42,406 nucleotides of DNA from positions 1-42,406 of IMG/VR virus record IMGVR_UViG_2663762841_000006; one strand, given 5' to 3'. The DNA is from a virus. Lineage: Duplodnaviria > Heunggongvirae > Uroviricota > Caudoviricetes. Positions within the stretch are counted from its first letter, which is position 1. Every line of letters begins with the position of its first letter. Of the stretch, positions 27,059 to 37,428 are shown in pieces. The position numbers and the translations under genes were made by a program. The notes beneath the pieces were generated by a model. That model was not told the origin of the DNA, did not search any database, and was given only the letters and a program-made list of their open reading frames with translations.

Positions 27059-28477
27059 ATGCCGATTCAGCAACTTCCGCTTATGAAAGGTGTCGGCAAA
27101 GACTTCCGAAACGCCGACTATATCGACTATCTGCCAGTGAATATGTTGGCTACACCAAAAGAAATCCTTAACAGCAGCGGATATCTTCGCTCATTCCCGG
27201 GCATTGCCAAACGTTCTGATGTGAACGGCGTATCGCGTGGCGTCGAGTACAACATGGCGCAGAATGCTGTTTATCGCGTGTGTGGTGGCAAGCTGTACAA
27301 AGGCGAAAGTGAAGTCGGTGACGTCGCCGGAAGTGGTCGTGTATCAATGGCGCATGGTCGGACATCACAGGCGGTAGGCGTTAACGGGAAACTGGTCGAG
27401 TATCGCTATGATGGCACGGTTAAAACCGTCTCAAACTGGCCTACAGACAGCGGATTCACGCAGTATGAGTTAGGCTCAGTACGCGACATTACGCGCTTAC
27501 GTGGGCGTTATGCGTGGTCAAAAGACGGCACTGATTCATGGTTTATCACTGACCTTGAAGACGAATCACATCCTGACCGATACAGCGCACAATATCGCGC
27601 AGAATCGCAGCCTGACGGCATCATCGGCATCGGAACATGGCGAGACTTCATCGTCTGCTTTGGTTCATCGACGATTGAATATTTTTCCCTGACTGGTGCA
27701 ACCACTGTTGGTGCCGCTTTGTATGTCGCCCAGCCATCGTTGATGGTGCAAAAAGGAATCGCCGGAACCTACTGCAAAACGCCGTTTGCTGATTCGTATG
27801 CGTTCATCAGCAATCCGGCAACAGGTGCGCCGTCTGTTTACATCATCGGCTCCGGTCAGGTATCACCAATCGCCAGCGCGAGCATTGAGAAAATCCTCCG
27901 CTCCTACACTGCTGATGAACTGGCTGATGGCGTGATGGAGTCTCTACGATTTGATGCTCATGAGTTGCTGATTATCCACCTTCCGCGCCACGTCCTCGTG
28001 TACGACGCATCTTCAAGCGCCAATGGTCCGCAATGGTGTGTGTTGAAAACAGGCTTGTATGACGATGTGTACCGCGCTATCGACTTCATTTACGAAGGAA
28101 ATCAGATAACGTGCGGCGATAAGCTGGAATCGGTGACCGGGAAATTGCAGTTCGATATCAGCAGTCAGTACGACAAGCAGCAGGAACACCTGCTGTTTAC
28201 TCCGTTGTTCAAAGCAGATAACGCCAGAGTTTTCGACCTTGAAGTTGAATCTTCAACTGGAGTTGCGCAGTATGCTGACCGCCTTTTTCTCTCTGCAACC
28301 ACTGACGGCATCAATTACGGGCGTGAGCAGATGATTGAGCAGAATGAACCGTTCGTTTACGACAAACGCGTTTTGTGGAAGCGAGTAGGGCGCATCAGGA
28401 AAAATGTCGGTTTCAAATTGCGCGTTATCACGAAGTCACCTGTCACTCTGTCAGGCTGCCAGATAAGGATTGAGTAA
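27059..28477 (+). CDS. tail accessory / DNA stabilization protein (P22 gp10-like)
   Basis: 472 aa; size and position match P22 gp10. Confidence 0.75.
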   Translation: MPIQQLPLMKGVGKDFRNADYIDYLPVNMLATPKEILNSSGYLRSFPGIAKRSDVNGVSRGVEYNMAQNAVYRVCGGKLYKGESEVGDVAGSGRVSMAHGRTSQAVGVNGKLVEYRYDGTVKTVSNWPTDSGFTQYELGSVRDITRLRGRYAWSKDGTDSWFITDLEDESHPDRYSAQYRAESQPDGIIGIGTWRDFIVCFGSSTIEYFSLTGATTVGAALYVAQPSLMVQKGIAGTYCKTPFADSYAFISNPATGAPSVYIIGSGQVSPIASASIEKILRSYTADELADGVMESLRFDAHELLIIHLPRHVLVYDASSSANGPQWCVLKTGLYDDVYRAIDFIYEGNQITCGDKLESVTGKLQFDISSQYDKQQEHLLFTPLFKADNARVFDLEVESSTGVAQYADRLFLSATTDGINYGREQMIEQNEPFVYDKRVLWKRVGRIRKNVGFKLRVITKSPVTLSGCQIRIE

Positions 28478-29430
28478 TGGCTGATTCGAATCTCAATGTG
28501 CCGGTAATCATTCAGGCTACACGGCTCGACACATCAGTCCTTCCACGCAATATCTTCTCGCAGTCGTATCTGCTTTACGTTATCGCACAGGGCACTGATG
28601 TTGGTAACGTGGCTAACAAAGCCAACGAGGCCGGACAGGGCGCTTATGATGCACAGGTCAGGAACGATGAGCAGGATGTCACCCTTGCAGACCATGAATC
28701 CAGAATTGAAGCTGCTGAAGCAACTCTCATCAATCATGAACATAGAATTGCAGCAGCGGAAAGCACTCTTGCAGATCATGAAACAAGGATTACGGCTGCT
28801 GAAACAGAGCTGGCTGATCACGAGACGCGAATTGCTGCCAATGAATCTGAGTTAGCAAACCATGATGCGCGCATAACTCAGAATACAACCGATATCGACG
28901 CACTTGATACCAGGCTCACAGCGGCAGAGGGAAGTATTTCGACGCTACAAAGCACAGTTGGTGATCACTCAACAAGAATATCTGCGCTTGAGTATGCCAC
29001 CACGCGCAAGAAATCAGAGGTTGTTTACTCAGGGGTATCGGTAACAATTCCGACATCGCCTACCAACCTTGTTAGCCTGCTGAAAACGCTCACGCCGTCA
29101 TCCGGTGAGTTGGCACCATTCTTCGACACCGTTAACAACAAGATGGTTGTGTTCAACGAGAACAAAACCTTGTTCTTCAAGCTGTCGATCGTCGGGACGT
29201 GGCCCAGCGGAACCGCCAACAGGTCAATGCAGCTAACATTTTCCGGTTCTGTTCCTGACACACTGGTAAGCAGTCGTAATGCGGCGACAACAACCGACAA
29301 CATCCTGTTAGCTACGTTCTTCAGTGTGGATAAAGACGGCTTTCTTGCCACAAATGGCAGTACGTTAACCATTCAGTCGAATGGTGCGGCGTTTACTGCC
29401 ACAACCATCAAGATAATCGCGGAGCAGTAA
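28477..29430 (+). CDS. tail needle protein (P22 gp26-like) with C-terminal knob
   Basis: 317 aa; long coiled coil built from 14-residue repeats (ADHETRI...), C-terminal beta-rich domain. Confidence 0.8.
   Translation: MADSNLNVPVIIQATRLDTSVLPRNIFSQSYLLYVIAQGTDVGNVANKANEAGQGAYDAQVRNDEQDVTLADHESRIEAAEATLINHEHRIAAAESTLADHETRITAAETELADHETRIAANESELANHDARITQNTTDIDALDTRLTAAEGSISTLQSTVGDHSTRISALEYATTRKKSEVVYSGVSVTIPTSPTNLVSLLKTLTPSSGELAPFFDTVNNKMVVFNENKTLFFKLSIVGTWPSGTANRSMQLTFSGSVPDTLVSSRNAATTTDNILLATFFSVDKDGFLATNGSTLTIQSNGAAFTATTIKIIAEQ
28687..28896 (+). repeat. about five tandem in-frame 42-bp repeats encoding the trimeric coiled coil of the tail needle
   Basis: gcagaccatgaatccagaattgaagctgctgaa...; consecutive units read directly. 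Confidence 0.6.
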
Positions 29431-29885
29431 TGATTCAGTTCAAACCAACGCGAAACATCGACTTGATCGAAGCAGTCGGAAATCACCCTGACATTATTGC
29501 CGGGAGCAACAACGGTGATGGATACGACTACAAGCCTGAATGCCGTTACTTTGAGGTTAACGTGCACGGTCAGTTTGGCGGCATTGTTTATTATCAGGAG
29601 ATTCAGCCGCTGACATTCGATTGCCACGCCATGTACCTGCCAGAGATTCGCGGCTTCAGCAAAGAAATAGGGCTGGCGTTCTGGCGATACATTCTGACTA
29701 ACACCACCGTTCAGTGCGTCACATCGTTCGCCGCACGCAAATTCCGCCACGGGCAGATTTACTGCGCAATGATTGGCCTTAAGCGTGTCGGAACCATCAA
29801 GAAATACTTTAAAGGCGTGGATGACGTGACTTTTTACAGCGCCACACGCGAAGAACTAATCGACTTCCTGAATCACGGGAGATAG
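29430..29885 (+). CDS. gp14-like protein (occupies the P22 gene 14 position), function uncertain
   Basis: 151 aa between needle and ejection-protein genes. Confidence 0.5.
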   Translation: MIQFKPTRNIDLIEAVGNHPDIIAGSNNGDGYDYKPECRYFEVNVHGQFGGIVYYQEIQPLTFDCHAMYLPEIRGFSKEIGLAFWRYILTNTTVQCVTSFAARKFRHGQIYCAMIGLKRVGTIKKYFKGVDDVTFYSATREELIDFLNHGR

Positions 29886-29887
29886 CC

Positions 29888-30580
29888 ATGTTATATGCAT
29901 TTAAGCTGGGCAGAAAACTGCGCGGCGAGGAACCTTGGTGCCCTGAAAAAGGCGGGAAAGGTGGTAGCTCTGATAAAAGCGCAAAGTATGCAGCAGAAGC
30001 CCAGAAGTATGCCGCAGACCTGCAAAATCAGCAGTTCAACACCATCATGAACAACCTGAAGCCGTTTACTCCTCTGGCTGAGAAGTATGTCGGCAGCCTC
30101 GAGAACTTATCGTCTCTGGAGGGGCAAGGTCAGGCACTTAACCAGTATTACAACTCTCAGCAGTACAAAGACCTTGCAGGTCAGGCTCGCTATCAGAGTC
30201 TGGCGGCAGCGGAAGCAACAGGTGGATTGGGTTCCACTGCAACCAGTAATCAGTTAGCAACAATCGCACCAACGCTTGGTCAGCAATGGCTATCTGGACA
30301 AATGAACAATTACAACAACCTGGCAAATATCGGTCTTGGCGCTCTTCAGGGGCAGGCAAACGCCGGGCAAACATATGCCAACAACATGAGTCAGATTTCA
30401 CAGCAAAGCGCGGCGCTGGCTGCGGCAAACGCCAACCGACCGTCAGCATTGCAGCAGGGGGTTAGTGGTGCTGCATCCGGTGCGCTTTTGGGTGGTGGCA
30501 TAGCCAGTGCTCTCGAGCTATCAACTCCGTGGGGTGCTGGTATCGGTGCTGGTCTTGGTCTGCTTGGCTCGTTGTTTTAA
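29888..30580 (+). CDS. ejection (internal/injection) protein gp7-like
   Basis: 230 aa; Gln/Ala/Gly-rich low-complexity sequence typical of P22 gp7. Confidence 0.75.
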   Translation: MLYAFKLGRKLRGEEPWCPEKGGKGGSSDKSAKYAAEAQKYAADLQNQQFNTIMNNLKPFTPLAEKYVGSLENLSSLEGQGQALNQYYNSQQYKDLAGQARYQSLAAAEATGGLGSTATSNQLATIAPTLGQQWLSGQMNNYNNLANIGLGALQGQANAGQTYANNMSQISQQSAALAAANANRPSALQQGVSGAASGALLGGGIASALELSTPWGAGIGAGLGLLGSLF

Positions 30581-30590
30581 GGGGTAATCA

Positions 30591-32006
30591 ATGGCTACGT
30601 GGCAACAGGGTATTAATTCTGGTGGTTTTCTGGCTGGCATCGGTACGCAAAATGAGAATGCGCCAAAGGCAAGCGACATTAACGCAACGCTTGGTCTGAT
30701 CCGCGAAAACAATGAACTGGCTCGCTCAGGTGCAAATAACGTTGGTCTGACCGCGTTACGTGGTCTGGCTGGAGTTGCTGATATTTATAAGCAGGAACAG
30801 CAACAGAAAGCGATTAATGCGTTCAATAAGGTTCATGCTGATGCATGGGCTTCTGGTGATCCATCGGGACTATTTAAGTTTGCCAAGGAAAATCCAGCGT
30901 TTGTTGCGCAGGCACAACAGGCGTTTTCCGGTCTTAATGAGCAGCAACGCAACGATATGGGCGATTTAGCCATGAGGGCTAACGTCGCTCTTTCTCAGGG
31001 ACCGGAAGCCTACAGTAAATTCATTACTGACAACAAGGATAGGTTAAATCGCGTTGGTGCTAATGCTGACTGGATGATTCAGACAGGTAACCAGAATCCA
31101 GAGCAGCTATCACACATGCTGACTACTATGTCTCTCGGTGCGCTTGGACCAGAAAAGGCGTTTGCTGTTCAGGACAAGATGGCTGGTCGTGAGATTGATC
31201 GCGGAAAACTTGCAGAGACAATCCGCAGCAATCAGGCTGGTGAAGCACTTCAGGCGAGAGGGCAAAACCTTTCCTATCAGTCAGCAATGACTGGGCACAA
31301 TATCGCAGCACAACGCTTGGCTCTGGATCAGCAAGAGTTCGGGTTTAAGATGCAGCAAGCGCAGGAAAAGGCTCAGCAGTTGATTAGCGAAGCACCTAAG
31401 CTGTCAGTAAACATGGAAAAAGGCATCGAGACGGCTGTAAACAATGCTACAGCATCATCAAACTCAGCCAATTCTATGAGTGCGCTTGCTCAACAGTTCA
31501 GAGCAGAAAAACCAACGACAGGTTTGTTCGGTAACGCACAGAACATGTTCGCAAAACTTACCGGAAGCGATACAACATTGCGTGATTTGCGCATTCGCCA
31601 AAATGCCCTTGTTAACAGTCAGGTTCTTAAATTCCTACCTCCCGGCCCAGCAACGGATAAAGACGTTGAGATCGTTCGACAGGGTGCGCCAACTGACATG
31701 GATAACCCTGAGACGGTCGCAAGATGGCTTGATGCAATGGCAAACCTTGAGCGACGAAACGCGCAGTTTAATGAGTTTAAAGCCGAGTGGATGAGCGCGA
31801 ATGGCAACCCTGGACAATCGCGTAATGGCGGTCAGATATTGGGGTTGGATGTTAAAAAAGGTGAATCATTGGGGAGTGCCGTTAAGCGGTATATGTCAAT
31901 GAATACTGACGCAGCGCCAGCACAAGATTCGACACCTTCAGGAGAACCACGGAATCAGGTTGGATCATATACCTCAAAATCAGGCATTCAATTTACGGTG
32001 GAATGA
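30591..32006 (+). CDS. ejection protein gp20-like
   Basis: 471 aa, same size and position as P22 gp20. Confidence 0.75.
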   Translation: MATWQQGINSGGFLAGIGTQNENAPKASDINATLGLIRENNELARSGANNVGLTALRGLAGVADIYKQEQQQKAINAFNKVHADAWASGDPSGLFKFAKENPAFVAQAQQAFSGLNEQQRNDMGDLAMRANVALSQGPEAYSKFITDNKDRLNRVGANADWMIQTGNQNPEQLSHMLTTMSLGALGPEKAFAVQDKMAGREIDRGKLAETIRSNQAGEALQARGQNLSYQSAMTGHNIAAQRLALDQQEFGFKMQQAQEKAQQLISEAPKLSVNMEKGIETAVNNATASSNSANSMSALAQQFRAEKPTTGLFGNAQNMFAKLTGSDTTLRDLRIRQNALVNSQVLKFLPPGPATDKDVEIVRQGAPTDMDNPETVARWLDAMANLERRNAQFNEFKAEWMSANGNPGQSRNGGQILGLDVKKGESLGSAVKRYMSMNTDAAPAQDSTPSGEPRNQVGSYTSKSGIQFTVE

Positions 32007-34009
32007 TGAAAGTAACTGCAAACGGTAAGACATTTACCTTTCCTGATGGTACGAGCACCGAAGATATTGGCACCGCCATTGATGAGTATTTTGCTGGTCA
32101 GTCAGCACCAACACAACAAGGTGTTCAGCAATCTCCAGCAGACAACTCACTTGCATCAGGATATGCACAGCTTGCCACTCAGCAGAAGGAAGGACTAGAT
32201 CGCTCTGCTGAGCAAGGGGCTGTTTTAGGTGCTGCAATGCGCGATGCCGTTACCGGTGAAAGCCGAATGACACCAGAAATGGAGAGGCTGCAAAATGTTG
32301 GGTCTGCTCCAGAGCTTAATAGCTTAAGCACTGATGCACTGCGTGCTGGATTGGGACAGCTATTTGGTTCCGACGCTTCACAGGAGAAAATACTGCAAAG
32401 TATTGGCGGGAAAATCCGGAAGGATGAGAAGGGAAATTCCATAGTCACCCTTCCTTCAGGGGAATATGCACTTAACAAGCCTGGTTTGTCACCGCAGGAT
32501 ATAACGTCATTCTTGGCAAATGCTCTTGCATTCACTCCAGCAGGTAGAGCTGCGTCTGTTGTAGGTGCAACACTAAAATCAGGCGCTACTGATTTAGCTT
32601 TACAGGGTGCCACTAAGATCGCTGGCGGTGAGAATGTTAATCCAGTTCAAACTGCAATTTCTGCTGGTCTTGGTGGGGTACTGAAGGGTGTAGAAAACAC
32701 CGCAAGCGCAGTGTCTCGTTCTGCTATGGGTAAGATTGCTCCTGAAAAACAAGCTCAGATTGACTTTGCCAAGCAGAACAACTTGCCACTGATGACAACA
32801 GATCTTGTGGAACCGGGACCAAATATTGGTAAGCAAGCACGAGCTATGGCTGAGCGAATCCCAATAGCCGGAACAGGTGGGATAAGAAATGCACAGCAAA
32901 AGGCCAGGGAAGATTTAGTTAGAACATTTAGCGATAATGTTGGTGGAATATCTGACGCACAACTTTACCAATCAGCTACTCGTGGTCAGCAGCAATTTAT
33001 TCAGGCTGCTGGCAAGCGGTACGACAGGATCATCAGTTTGATGGGGGATACTCCTGTTGACATCACTGGAACAGTGAAAGCAATTGATGCGCAGATTTCC
33101 AAGTTAACTCGCCCAGGAGTATCGCAAGACCGCTCAGCTGTTTCTGTCCTTCAACAGTTTAGAAATGACATCACCAGCGGTCCAAATAACCTGCAATTAG
33201 CTAGAGAAAACCGTACAAACTTACGTAAGCGCTTTATGGCAGCACCTGACGAGGTCGATAGAGATACGCTGGAGAAAGCTGCGCAGTCTGTTTATAACGC
33301 ATACACAACAGACATGAAAAAAGCGGTTGGCGCAAAACTAGGTGCGAAGGAAGCGCAAAACATGTCGCGTGTTGATCGTTCTTGGGCAAAGTTCAACGAC
33401 ATGATGAGCAATACACGTGTCCAAAAAGCTATTCAGAGTGGTAAAACAACGCCAGAAGATGTCACTAAACTAGTATTCAGCCAAAGCCCAGCGGAAAGGG
33501 CGCAACTTTATCGATTGCTTGATGATAGTGGGCGTCAAAATGCTAGAGCAGCACTTGTTCAGCGTGCAATGGATAAGGCGACAAGCGATTCAGGAAAGCT
33601 TAGCGTTGAGAAGTTTATTAATGAAATGAAAAGGAATCGGAAGCAGGCTGAGACGTTCTTCAGAGGAGAGCATGGGAAACAGCTTGATGGGATAATGAAA
33701 TATCTTGATTCCACTAGACAGGCAGCTACAGCTGCCGCAAGCCCACTAACAGGGCAAATGGTAGCTGGTCCAGCAGCGCTGATAACAGCTCTTGCGCCTG
33801 TTACAAATCCAATGTTTGCAAAAGTTGCGGCAGTTGGAGCTGGTATCGGTATGGCTGGCAGGGTCTATGAGTCACGCGCGATGAGGAACGCATTACTAAA
33901 GTTAGCAAACACGCCAAAAGGAAGTACTGCTTATGATAGAGCGATCAGACTGGTATCTGAAACTCTTACACCTCTAATTCAGGCTTCAAGTGAGAAAGCC
34001 CAGCAGTAA
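32003..34009 (+). CDS. ejection protein gp16-like
   Basis: 668 aa; last gene of the ejection-protein operon. Confidence 0.75.
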   Translation: MMKVTANGKTFTFPDGTSTEDIGTAIDEYFAGQSAPTQQGVQQSPADNSLASGYAQLATQQKEGLDRSAEQGAVLGAAMRDAVTGESRMTPEMERLQNVGSAPELNSLSTDALRAGLGQLFGSDASQEKILQSIGGKIRKDEKGNSIVTLPSGEYALNKPGLSPQDITSFLANALAFTPAGRAASVVGATLKSGATDLALQGATKIAGGENVNPVQTAISAGLGGVLKGVENTASAVSRSAMGKIAPEKQAQIDFAKQNNLPLMTTDLVEPGPNIGKQARAMAERIPIAGTGGIRNAQQKAREDLVRTFSDNVGGISDAQLYQSATRGQQQFIQAAGKRYDRIISLMGDTPVDITGTVKAIDAQISKLTRPGVSQDRSAVSVLQQFRNDITSGPNNLQLARENRTNLRKRFMAAPDEVDRDTLEKAAQSVYNAYTTDMKKAVGAKLGAKEAQNMSRVDRSWAKFNDMMSNTRVQKAIQSGKTTPEDVTKLVFSQSPAERAQLYRLLDDSGRQNARAALVQRAMDKATSDSGKLSVEKFINEMKRNRKQAETFFRGEHGKQLDGIMKYLDSTRQAATAAASPLTGQMVAGPAALITALAPVTNPMFAKVAAVGAGIGMAGRVYESRAMRNALLKLANTPKGSTAYDRAIRLVSETLTPLIQASSEKAQQ

Positions 34010-34017
34010 AAAGTTGG

Positions 34018-34338
34018 TTAGCGGTTGATGGTTGCTTTTTTCGGGTCATACCATCTCGGCCATTCTTTCAGGAATGGGAATGAGTCGGGTGCGTGGTTCT
34101 TTTTGTACGATTTAAGCAGCCTTAACCGCTCAATCGCACACTCATAAACCTCTTGTTGCCCTGTAGTCATTTCGGTCCATGAAAGGTGATCCATTGATAA
34201 GACAACGTTTTCAGCTTCTTTTATGAGGGCGTTTTTATTTCTCACCGCAGCAGCATGGCTGACAGAGCAATCCTGCCATATTCTTAAAAGCCAAATAGCT
34301 AAGCAGATGAAAAAAATGGTAGATAGCGATATATACAC
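34018..34338 (-). CDS. hypothetical membrane-anchored protein, about 106 aa (accessory island)
   Basis: Strong SD TAAGGAGG then GTG; N-terminal hydrophobic helix ISLSTIFFICLAIWLL; the 178-aa track extension is antisense to the next gene and reads as junk. Confidence 0.45.
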   Translation of the reverse strand: MYISLSTIFFICLAIWLLRIWQDCSVSHAAAVRNKNALIKEAENVVLSMDHLSWTEMTTGQQEVYECAIERLRLLKSYKKNHAPDSFPFLKEWPRWYDPKKATINR

Positions 34339-34368
34339 ACCAACCTCCTTAGTTTTACGCAGGATACC

Positions 34369-34734
34369 ATGAAAAAAGTTAACATTGGAAACGTACCAAA
34401 AATGCTCGTACCGCTCTTTGAGAGCGGTACAATTGTGTTTTGCAGAGACTTTCCAGAATGGCAACGCCTGCATCAAAAACTTGGCGTGGACGTGCAGGAC
34501 TCGGATGCCAACGGAGCGTCTCATACAATGAGCAGCGAGAATGGTGTTTTGCATGTGATAGGCGTGTTCAATGGCAAACTATCTACCATTGCCCATGAGT
34601 GCGCTCACATGGCATTCGATATCTGCTCAAGGGTCGGTGTTGATGTTGAACCAGGAAGAGCCAACGAGACTTACTGCTACTTAATGAGCAGGCTTGTTGA
34701 GTTCTGCGAGCGACATATCAAAAAGCCGGAGTGA
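34369..34734 (+). CDS. hypothetical protein with HExxH motif (HECAH), possible minimal zinc metallopeptidase
   Basis: 121 aa with protein-like composition; ends within a bidirectional terminator hairpin. Confidence 0.5.
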   Translation: MKKVNIGNVPKMLVPLFESGTIVFCRDFPEWQRLHQKLGVDVQDSDANGASHTMSSENGVLHVIGVFNGKLSTIAHECAHMAFDICSRVGVDVEPGRANETYCYLMSRLVEFCERHIKKPE

Positions 34735-34746
34735 CCCGGCTTGATT
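34720..34746. terminator. bidirectional hairpin terminator (agccgg-agtgac-ccggct) between convergent genes
   Basis: Flanked by an A-run on one side and a T-rich tract on the other. Confidence 0.5.
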
Positions 34747-34747
34747 A

Positions 34748-34972
34748 TTACTTTTTTTGGTATGTTAAGAATGGCAAGTCGCCAGTGTACCCCAAGCGGA
34801 AAAGCTCCAATTGCTTATCTCTTATGGATAAAAAATAATCGTTTCTTGCCTTTTTAAGCCACAACCAGCCGATCATCAAGATGAATAATATTGATATTAT
34901 TGGCATCGGGGAGATCAACACCACTCCGATGAATAATGACGCTAGCAGCACCGATAAAATAGCAGAAACCAT
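34748..34972 (-). CDS. small double-TM membrane protein, 74 aa
   Basis: Two hydrophobic segments (AILSVLLASLFIGVVLI and IISILFILMIGWLWL); GGGAGA RBS. Confidence 0.5.
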   Translation of the reverse strand: MVSAILSVLLASLFIGVVLISPMPIISILFILMIGWLWLKKARNDYFLSIRDKQLELFRLGYTGDLPFLTYQKK

Positions 34973-34997
34973 ACTAATCTCCCACTAAGGTAACAAT

Positions 34998-35183
34998 ATG
35001 ACCATAGAAGAACGCCTGAACAACATCGAGTTGAATCAAACCCTGCTTGACCAGCGACTTTCAGATCTTGAACTTAAAGATCTGGATGCGCAAATATCGG
35101 AAGCAGAAGCCAAGCTCTCCAGCCTAAACCACCGCAAGAAGCAAATCCGCAACAGAATTACTCAGGGACGCGGAAGCTGTTGA
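34998..35183 (+). CDS. small coiled-coil-like protein, 61 aa
   Basis: TAAGGT RBS; heptad-like Leu/Glu-rich sequence; 3' end overlaps the convergent 69-aa gene. Confidence 0.35.
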   Translation: MTIEERLNNIELNQTLLDQRLSDLELKDLDAQISEAEAKLSSLNHRKKQIRNRITQGRGSC

Positions 35184-35367
35184 GGTGGGATGCTAGGTCT
35201 CTATCGTTAAAATCAAGGCTGCTAATCATTTCATTGTAAATAGCGTTTTTATCTTCCATTGGCAGTCTTGAGTAAACCAGACACAGAGCATATTTCAGGG
35301 AGTTTAGCTCTTTCTCTAGCTCTTCCTTGCTTGATGTTTTTGACTTAATAAACTGTTTTTTATTCAT
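35158..35367 (-). CDS. hypothetical protein, 69 aa, translationally coupled to mnt
   Basis: Start overlaps the mnt stop (ATGA); no recognised motif. Confidence 0.45.
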   Translation of the reverse strand: MNKKQFIKSKTSSKEELEKELNSLKYALCLVYSRLPMEDKNAIYNEMISSLDFNDRDLASHLNSFRVPE

Positions 35368-35600
35368 TTTGCATCCTTACCATACATGGTTTTCAGTGTT
35401 TCAATCAGCGCATCCCTGAATTTGTCAGCCTCTTTCTGAGCAAATTCATTGCTATTAAGCGATCTACCACAAACAGCATCTTCGATAATCTGTATTATTT
35501 CAGCATTCATGGAACGCTTGTTATGTTGCGCCCTGGCTTTAACCTTTGCCTTTAACTCTTTGGAAATCCTGATATTTATTTGCGGCTCTTCGCGTGACAT
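35364..35600 (-). CDS. mnt: Mnt-like ribbon-helix-helix repressor
   Basis: 78 aa; N-terminal RHH (INIRISKELKAKVKARAQHNKRSMNAEIIQIIEDAV) resembles P22 Mnt; divergent from arc-ant. Confidence 0.7.
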   Translation of the reverse strand: MSREEPQINIRISKELKAKVKARAQHNKRSMNAEIIQIIEDAVCGRSLNSNEFAQKEADKFRDALIETLKTMYGKDAK

Positions 35601-35688
35601 ACCACCTCCATAGCATTTTGGTGATATTACTATTGCATCACTGCGATCACAATGGCATAACGGTTATACCAAATTGATTGGAGGTAAT

Positions 35689-35862
35689 ATGATAGTCAAG
35701 TCAGACGCACCAAAGTACCCTTTGCGCATCCCATTAGAGGTTAAGTTAGCAATCGAGAAGTCAGCGAAAGAAAATGGTCGCTCAATAAATACCGAGATGG
35801 TAATGCGGTTAGTGGATAGTTTAAGGCGGGATAGTTCTAAAGGTAATCTAGCAAAAAGTTGA
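35689..35862 (+). CDS. arc: Arc-like ribbon-helix-helix repressor
   Basis: 57 aa from ATG with GGAGG RBS; [18 protein letters not shown] resembles P22 Arc (ENGRSVNSEIYQRVMESF). Confidence 0.7.
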   Translation: MIVKSDAPKYPLRIPLEVKLAIEKSAKENGRSINTEMVMRLVDSLRRDSSKGNLAKS

Positions 35863-35924
35863 AGCCCCAACTGCGGGAACAGTCAGGGCTTCGGTATCAA
35901 CAAATCGGATTAGGAAATATTGAC

Positions 35925-36803
35925 ATGAAAAGTATAGCAAAGGCACAAAACGATTTCACCATCTTCAAATTCGGCGACAGTGAAATCCGCGTCATCAACA
36001 AATGCGGTGAGCCGTGGTTTGTAGCAAAAGATGTTTGTGATGCTTTAACCCTGACTAACTCACGCAAGGCGCTTACTGCACTTGATGACGATGAAAAGGG
36101 AGTAACTTTAAGTTACACCCTTGGTGGTGAGCAGAATCTAAGCATTGTTAGCGAATCAGGTATGTATACATTGGTTCTGCGCTGCCGCGATGCTGTCAAT
36201 AAAGGTTCGGTCCCGCACAAATTCCGCAAGTGGGTAACAGCAGAAGTTCTGCCTTCAATTCGCAAACATGGCGAGTATGTGAAAGGCAAGAAAACCACTG
36301 TTGAGGAAAGAACACCGCTACGCGATGCAGTAAACATGCTGGTAGGAAAGAAAGGACTTCGCTATGACGATGCATACAATATGGTTCATCAGCGTTTTGG
36401 TATTGACAGCATTGATGAACTTTCAATTGAACAAATCCCGCTGGCCGTAGAGTACATCCACAGGGTAGTGCTTGAAGGTGAATTCATCGGAAAACAAGAG
36501 AAGAAAACTGATGAGCTTTCTGCAAAAGAAGCAAACAGCCTTGTATGGTTATGGGATTATGCCAACCGCTCACAGGCATTATTCCGCGAACTGTATCCGG
36601 CGCTAAAACAAATTCAATCGAACTATTCCGGCAGATGCTACGACTACGGTCATGAGTTCTCGTATGTTATCGGAATGGCGAGAGACGTTTTAATCAATCA
36701 CACACGAGATGTTGATATTAATGAGCCAGACGGACCAACGAATCTTTCCGCATGGATGAGACTTAAGAATAAAGAATTACCTCCTTCAGTACATAACTAC
36801 TGA
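35925..36803 (+). CDS. ant: antirepressor Ant (BRO-N-type N-terminal domain)
   Basis: 292 aa from ATG 35925; follows arc; Bro-N-like N-terminus; terminator downstream. Confidence 0.7.
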   Translation: MKSIAKAQNDFTIFKFGDSEIRVINKCGEPWFVAKDVCDALTLTNSRKALTALDDDEKGVTLSYTLGGEQNLSIVSESGMYTLVLRCRDAVNKGSVPHKFRKWVTAEVLPSIRKHGEYVKGKKTTVEERTPLRDAVNMLVGKKGLRYDDAYNMVHQRFGIDSIDELSIEQIPLAVEYIHRVVLEGEFIGKQEKKTDELSAKEANSLVWLWDYANRSQALFRELYPALKQIQSNYSGRCYDYGHEFSYVIGMARDVLINHTRDVDINEPDGPTNLSAWMRLKNKELPPSVHNY

Positions 36804-36821
36804 CAGATAACCAACGCAACG

Positions 36822-36846
36822 ACCCAGCTTCGGCTGGGTTTTTTTA
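36822..36846 (+). terminator. rho-independent terminator after ant
   Basis: acccagc-ttcg-gctgggt followed by T7. Confidence 0.75.
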
Positions 36847-36913
36847 TGCCCAAAATTCACCGTAGCCATGCTGCGGGGATTCATTGTATCTGGAGCAAAT
36901 TAAATGACAGACA

Positions 36914-37408
36914 TTATCTAAAACAAGCAAACTCGCCATGATATTTTTCCCTGAATGCAATAGACATTAATTCGGCCAGCTCAATATCATCGGTATACCC
37001 AAGGCAAATAGACTTACCTTTTAGTTTGAACATAACTTTATATGTGTTTTTCCCTTTAAGAAGATGAACTCCTTTTATACCTGTATTGGATGATGAAACG
37101 CTGTTGGTTTTATTCTGACCTCTGGTTACTTCTCTTAGGTTTGAAATTCTATTGTCATTTTTAACCCCGTTAATATGGTCAATTAACCCTTTAGGCCAGC
37201 ATCCTTTCATATAAAACCAAGCAAGTCGGTGGCAAAGATATGATTTCCCATTAATCCGTATTGATAAGTAGTCGGCCTGTGAGTTCGTCTTAAATCCAGC
37301 AACCTTTCCGATACTGGAGCTACCAGAAGCTATCTTCCAAGTGAAGACGCCTGTTTCTGGGTTGTAGTTGAGTGAAGAGGTTAATTCTTTATGAGTAATC
37401 ATATTCAT
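36914..37408 (-). CDS. HNH homing-endonuclease-like protein (HNH_3 type)
   Basis: 164 aa; HRLAWFY...IDHINGVKNDNRISNLREVTRGQN motif; AT-rich; antisense to the flanking late genes. Confidence 0.65.
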   Translation of the reverse strand: MNMITHKELTSSLNYNPETGVFTWKIASGSSSIGKVAGFKTNSQADYLSIRINGKSYLCHRLAWFYMKGCWPKGLIDHINGVKNDNRISNLREVTRGQNKTNSVSSSNTGIKGVHLLKGKNTYKVMFKLKGKSICLGYTDDIELAELMSIAFREKYHGEFACFR

Positions 37409-37428
37409 TCCTTAAATAGAGATTCACT

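Noticed and set aside
34018-34554. 178-aa version of the minus-strand ORF in the accessory island
   Set aside because: The upstream 70 codons are antisense to the HExxH gene, are rich in His/Cys/Trp/Arg like junk translation, and lack an RBS; a strong SD supports the shorter start at 34338.
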